Of a stretch of 64,000 nt of DNA, positions 59,507 through 64,000 are shown piece after piece (position 1 is the first letter of the stretch; each line of letters starts with the position of its first letter). Location: NCBI GenBank assembly GCA_050173015.1, contig JBFXLE010000001.1, positions 64,001 through 128,000 of the forward strand, written 5' to 3'. Made by a program: the position numbers and the translations under genes. The notes under the pieces were generated by a model that saw only the letters and a program-made list of their open reading frames with translations, had not been told where the DNA came from and searched no databases. The DNA comes from Calditrichaceae bacterium (GTDB lineage Bacteria > Calditrichota > Calditrichia > Calditrichales > JBFXGD01).

Positions 59507-60589
59507 TTAATTGTTTTTCTTCTCAAAATCCTTCATATATCTTACCAGCGCCTCAATGGCTTCAACCGGAACCGCGTTATAAATGGAAGCGCGAATACCG
59601 CCGACTGAACGATGCCCCTTGAGACCGATCATGTTGTTCTCTATCGCGCCGGCGATAAATTTTTGTTCAAGCTCTTCGGAAGGAAGGCGGAAAGTGACGT
59701 TCATTAACGAGCGGTCTTCCTTGCGAACGGTGCCTTTGTAAAAATCGGTACTGTCAATCGCCGTGTAAAGCAGATCCGCCTTTTTACGGTTCATTGCCTC
59801 AACCTTTGAAAGTCCGCCTGAATTTTTCATCCATTCAAGTACCAGTTTTATCAGGTAAATTCCAAAGGTAGGCGGCGTATTATATAAGGAATCTTTTCCG
59901 CCGATGATTTTGTAGCTGGTCATTGTCGGAATGTTTTTGGGACTTCTCTCGAGGAGATCCTCTCTGATAATCACGATTGTGACACCTGACGGTCCCATAT
60001 TCTTCTGAGCGCCGGCATAAATCATGGCAAACTTGCTTACATCGACCTTTCTGCAATTGATATCAGATGACATATCGCAGATTAACGGAACGGAGCCGGT
60101 TTCAGGGAATTTCTGCCATTGTGTTCCGTAAATCGTGTTGTTGGAAGTCATATGCAGGTAAGATGCATCCGGGGTGAGTTTAAAGCCATCCGGAATGTAA
60201 GTGAAATTTTTGTCCTCCGAAGAGGCAATCACATTAACATTTTTACCAAGTTTTTTTGCTTCTTCGATAGCTTTTGTGGACCACGTTCCGGTGTTGATGT
60301 AGTCTGCTGATTTGCCATCGGGTAAAAGATTCATCGGAACGGCTGCAAATTGTAAGGTGGCGCCACCCTGAAAAAACAAAACTTTATACCCGTCCGGAAT
60401 TCCCATGATTTCTTTCATGAGGTTTTCCGTATCCTTGATTATTTTATCAAAAGTCTTGGATCGGTGACTCATTTCCATTACGGAAAGGCCTTCGCCCTTG
60501 TAGTTTAACAAATCACGCTGAGCTTCTTCCAAAACAGACAGTGGCAATGCTGCAGGTCCGGCGTTAAAGTTAAAAATACGATCTTTCAT
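59507..60589 (-). CDS. serC: Phosphoserine aminotransferase
   Basis: NFNAGPAALP, EMSHRS, NNTIYG, DMSS, AGAQKN, NTPP, GHRSVGGIRASIYNA. Confidence 0.97.
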   Translation of the reverse strand: MKDRIFNFNAGPAALPLSVLEEAQRDLLNYKGEGLSVMEMSHRSKTFDKIIKDTENLMKEIMGIPDGYKVLFFQGGATLQFAAVPMNLLPDGKSADYINTGTWSTKAIEEAKKLGKNVNVIASSEDKNFTYIPDGFKLTPDASYLHMTSNNTIYGTQWQKFPETGSVPLICDMSSDINCRKVDVSKFAMIYAGAQKNMGPSGVTIVIIREDLLERSPKNIPTMTSYKIIGGKDSLYNTPPTFGIYLIKLVLEWMKNSGGLSKVEAMNRKKADLLYTAIDSTDFYKGTVRKEDRSLMNVTFRLPSEELEQKFIAGAIENNMIGLKGHRSVGGIRASIYNAVPVEAIEALVRYMKDFEKKNN

Positions 60590-60893
60590 GACACTATTCC
60601 TCCGTTGATATAATAAAAGACCACTTGCTGATCATATGTAAGTATAATAATATACTAAGATTGCATTATAAAATGTATTTATTTTTTTATTAATCGAGCT
60701 GAATTTTACTTCTAAATAAACTGAATAATCTGAATAAAAATTTATTATATTTGCACACAAAAGGGCGTTAGGATAGATTGTTTATACCGGTCGGGAAAAT
60801 ACACATGAAAAGTAAAGAATATAAACGAACCGGATTGATAAGACACCGTATAATTTATACTATATGACTGGAAAATAAACAGAAAGGTAATTT

Positions 60894-61370
60894 ATGAATA
60901 ATCGGAATAAAGCGCTCGGATTGATTCTGATTTTTCTTGGATTTATTTTTTTACTTGATAACCTTCATATCATCAGTTTTAATTTTTTGCAAATTTGGCC
61001 CATCCTTATTATTCTCGGGGGAATTGGTTTCTGGCTCGGATTTTTCCTGAATAAAAAGAATATTTCACTCATCATACCGGGTACAATTCTGACAATATAC
61101 GGATTTCTGTTTTTTTACTGTAACTGGTTTGGCTGGCACCATATGCAGAATTTATGGCCTGTATTCCTGATGGGACCCGGAATCGGGTTTTACTTGCTTT
61201 ATTTTCTGGGGCCCAGAGAAAAAGGATTGGTTATTCCGGCTACGATTCTGACCGTTCTGGGGCTATTGTTTATACTCCGTCATCTTCAGTATGTCAAATA
61301 CTGGCCGGTGATTCTTATTATCGGCGGGATTATCATCATTTTTTTAAGAGAAAAAGATACTACCGTTTAG
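60894..61370 (+). CDS. Membrane protein, LiaF-TM/DUF5668-like repeats
   Basis: GLILIFLG..FLL.N and three WP-containing helices. Confidence 0.75.
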   Translation: MNNRNKALGLILIFLGFIFLLDNLHIISFNFLQIWPILIILGGIGFWLGFFLNKKNISLIIPGTILTIYGFLFFYCNWFGWHHMQNLWPVFLMGPGIGFYLLYFLGPREKGLVIPATILTVLGLLFILRHLQYVKYWPVILIIGGIIIIFLREKDTTV

Positions 61371-61406
61371 CGCTGTCAAAACAACAATTACCGGAGTTTT
61401 TAATTT

Positions 61407-62669
61407 ATGAAATTTACCATCAGTATTGTATTTCTTCTATTTCTATTCGGAATTACTTTGGCTCAAAACAACAAAAAACAGGATTTCGATTCCCATTCAA
61501 TTTATTATCAGCAGAGTGATACTGAATGGTTTCTTTACGGAAATAATTCAAAAATTCAGACAGCGGCAAAATATAACCGAATCCCATGCCGGACAATCGC
61601 CGTCAACCCAAAAATCATTCTGATCGGGAGCATTGTGTTTATTCCGGATGCCGTCGGTCTAAAACTGTCAGACGGAACTTACCATGACGGGTATTTCCTC
61701 GCGCATGATAAACTGGCGTCAGATTCAGGGTCATCATTGGGTATTTATACAGGTGGCAATAGTGAATGTGATTTCAGGGGACATTTAAAAGACGGTAAAA
61801 AGATAAACTTGTATGTGGTTCGGGGAATCATGGAGCGCGTGACCCGTCTTAAATTTAGTCAGGAATATGAATTAAATTCTCCAAAACCGACCTGGAAGAT
61901 GGCTTATTCAGATTTTGATAAACTGATGAAAGATGGCAATAAGAAAAATCTGACGGTAAATGAACGGATACAGTATTATTCTGAACTGGGACTTGGAACG
62001 CCTTATGTGATATTTAATCTGGGCGAAGGGCCGGGCGCGAGTCCCGATCCTGATCCGCTGATCGATTTTGGCCGGGTTGATTGCATGACTTTTTGTGAAA
62101 ACACGCTTGCCCTTGCCATATCCGGCTCGTATGACGAAATGTATAATAATCTGCAAAAAATCCGCTACAAAGGCGGTAAAATTGATTATATCACCAGAAA
62201 TCATTATACGATCGCAGACTGGCTGCCCAATAACAGCTGGCTGCTCCGGGATGTTACGGATGATATCGGCAGGGGGTACACCAGGAATCTTGTTAAACAA
62301 ATCGACAGGCAGGCATTTTATCAGAATAACGGCGTTGACAGGAACAAAATTGAGAAACCCGTTCCCGTCCAGACCATACATGTAAAATATGTACCCACTG
62401 AAGATCTGTTAAAAGTAAAAAATCGTTTTCAGGGTGGGGAGATCGTCTCCATCGTGACCACCTATCCGGGGGTTGTATCGGCTCACATGGGTATCATTGT
62501 AAAGGATGAATGGGGAAATATTATTTTCAGACACGGAAGCAGCCGGAAAGAGACATCCGAAGTGATTGATCAAAAATTTGAAGAAGTGGTGGAAGATCTT
62601 TCCAAATCAAAATCCAGAATTGGAATGATCTTTATGCGCGCGCTGGAAGATTTCAGAATACCGGATTAA
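61407..62669 (+). CDS. DUF1460 (NlpC/P60, AmiA-like) amidase with N-terminal degenerate 3D-like domain
   Basis: Signal peptide; LGTPY, VDCMTFCE, IRY, RNHY, SAHMG, HGSS; N-terminal TIAVNP..I.IGS.VFIP...FLAHD. Confidence 0.8.
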   Translation: MKFTISIVFLLFLFGITLAQNNKKQDFDSHSIYYQQSDTEWFLYGNNSKIQTAAKYNRIPCRTIAVNPKIILIGSIVFIPDAVGLKLSDGTYHDGYFLAHDKLASDSGSSLGIYTGGNSECDFRGHLKDGKKINLYVVRGIMERVTRLKFSQEYELNSPKPTWKMAYSDFDKLMKDGNKKNLTVNERIQYYSELGLGTPYVIFNLGEGPGASPDPDPLIDFGRVDCMTFCENTLALAISGSYDEMYNNLQKIRYKGGKIDYITRNHYTIADWLPNNSWLLRDVTDDIGRGYTRNLVKQIDRQAFYQNNGVDRNKIEKPVPVQTIHVKYVPTEDLLKVKNRFQGGEIVSIVTTYPGVVSAHMGIIVKDEWGNIIFRHGSSRKETSEVIDQKFEEVVEDLSKSKSRIGMIFMRALEDFRIPD

Positions 62670-64000
62670 TAATTAGGCAGATAGGTGCTTCCGCTTGGAT
62701 GTTTGGTAACCTTAATATCTTTTAACACTGAAGATTTAATGTTGATCTGGAAACTATAATAATCTCGCAATGGCTGCCAGTCAAATGACATCTCCCAGCA
62801 ATGCAGATCGCGGTAAATGCTGAAGTTTTGGGTAGTAATATCGTGATTTGTCAAGTCAAAGCGCGCGTTCCAGCTTATTTTCCAGTTTTTTGTTAACTGC
62901 AGCCCCGCCCTCGCTGAAATATCGATGCGTTCCACGGGTGTATTGATATCAGACCTGTTAAAGGAATAGTTCATTGTGAGAGATGTGGTCCAGGGGATTG
63001 AAAGCTTTTTCGTTTCTTCCATATAGTCCTTCACATCCTGTTCGATAAATTTACTTTCCAGGATGCCCTCATTCTGATTTTCATTTTGCAGATCCGATTC
63101 ACTCTGCGCGCCGTTTTCGGCGGATTTTCTTCGGCTTGCCGGGCCGTCTTCCGATTTGTCTTTGGCAAAACTTTTATTGCTCAGACTGTAGCCGTAGGAG
63201 GCGGACAGATTGAGAAGACGGGGTAAGAAATTACCGTCAGAAAAGATATATTCATCACGATACCCGGTTCCTGTTCTTCCCGCTTTGTAGAAGGTGTGGG
63301 AAGCACTCACGGTCAAATTGTTATTCAAAATTTTTGCCCTGAAACTAGTGGACAAATTACTCCAGTTCAGGCTGTCCTTTTTGAAATCATAGGCGGTTGA
63401 AAAATTAAGAGTAAACAAATCAATCTTGCTTTCTTTTCCCTCGTCATTAACCAGTTTCGCCTGAAACAAGTTCGCCAGCTGAATATTCACTCTTCTGGAT
63501 TCACTTTGCGGGGTGCCGCCAAACGCCGAATTCTGAAACCGGTCAATTTTCTGTTCTACTCCATTAGTATCGGTAACCGTGTCATAGTATCCGTAATATG
63601 AACTTGAAAAATCGGGAGTATAGCTCATACTTATCGATGGGTCCATCTTGTGCCGGATGGCTTTAAGTTCTCCGATATTTGGTTCAAATAGGCCGTACAT
63701 GGTGGTTTTAACCCCCAGGCTGGATGTAAAAGTACGCCTTGCCGCGAATTGGGATTTCTGTCTTTGGATGATCTGGTTGGTCTCCTCATCCAGCTCTGCT
63801 TCAGTGACTTCGTTAACCCAGTCTTCCGTGTAATTGAGGGAAGGTGATACATTAAAATATTTCAATACTTTCTGTGGAGACGTGAAGTTAAACTGATGAC
63901 GAACGCCGGATTTTTGCGTGTCATCAAATGTTTCCAGGCTGTCATTGAGCGGCACATGCGATCCTTTATGCAAAAGATTACCGCTGTAGGAATAATAAAT
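62666..64000 (-). CDS. lptD: Putative LPS-assembly protein LptD, C-terminal part; 5' end is outside the window
   Basis: IRHKMDP, LTKNWKI, IYRDLHCWEMSF, IKSSVLKDIK are typical of FCB-type LptD; frame is open to the window end. Confidence 0.85.
   Translation of the reverse strand: MYYSYSGNLLHKGSHVPLNDSLETFDDTQKSGVRHQFNFTSPQKVLKYFNVSPSLNYTEDWVNEVTEAELDEETNQIIQRQKSQFAARRTFTSSLGVKTTMYGLFEPNIGELKAIRHKMDPSISMSYTPDFSSSYYGYYDTVTDTNGVEQKIDRFQNSAFGGTPQSESRRVNIQLANLFQAKLVNDEGKESKIDLFTLNFSTAYDFKKDSLNWSNLSTSFRAKILNNNLTVSASHTFYKAGRTGTGYRDEYIFSDGNFLPRLLNLSASYGYSLSNKSFAKDKSEDGPASRRKSAENGAQSESDLQNENQNEGILESKFIEQDVKDYMEETKKLSIPWTTSLTMNYSFNRSDINTPVERIDISARAGLQLTKNWKISWNARFDLTNHDITTQNFSIYRDLHCWEMSFDWQPLRDYYSFQINIKSSVLKDIKVTKHPSGSTYLPNY

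Noticed and set aside
852-63852. Numerous 60-160 aa antisense or overlapping ORFs in the track
   Set aside because: They are shadows of well-supported genes and have no motifs of their own

Overview
Chromosomal window from a Gram-negative bacterium, probably FCB-related (Calditrichota/KSB1/Ignavibacteria-like). This is inferred from the T9SS-type C-terminal sorting domains, a PorV-family gene and Shine-Dalgarno usage. Main contents: (1) an AT-rich island at ~0.4-9.6 kb holding an integron-type gene-cassette array on the minus strand, with three attC sites, a candidate attI and no integrase in the window. Its cassettes are a 4.6-kb radC + restriction-modification cassette, an uncharacterised PIN-domain membrane protein and a CPBP/Abi protease, so it looks defence-oriented. 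(2) Signalling genes (K+ channel, multi-PAS hybrid kinase, GGDEF-EAL). (3) A bacterial microcompartment operon at 18.5-26.4 kb with no signature enzyme and no pentamer, led by a shell-HTH fusion translationally coupled to a ParA ATPase. (4) An M16 peptidase pair and housekeeping genes. (5) A beta-propeller LytS sensor/LytTR pair, a TonB-dependent receptor-T9SS cargo-PorV triad and a second LytTR. (6) Two tandem ~1,640-aa T9SS surface proteins with a mosaic of near-identical and highly variable blocks. (7) ppx, an HI0933 flavoprotein, serC, a degenerate 3D-DUF1460 fusion and a partial lptD. No rRNA, tRNA or CRISPR array was recognised. All protein calls come from motif recognition by eye, not database searches.
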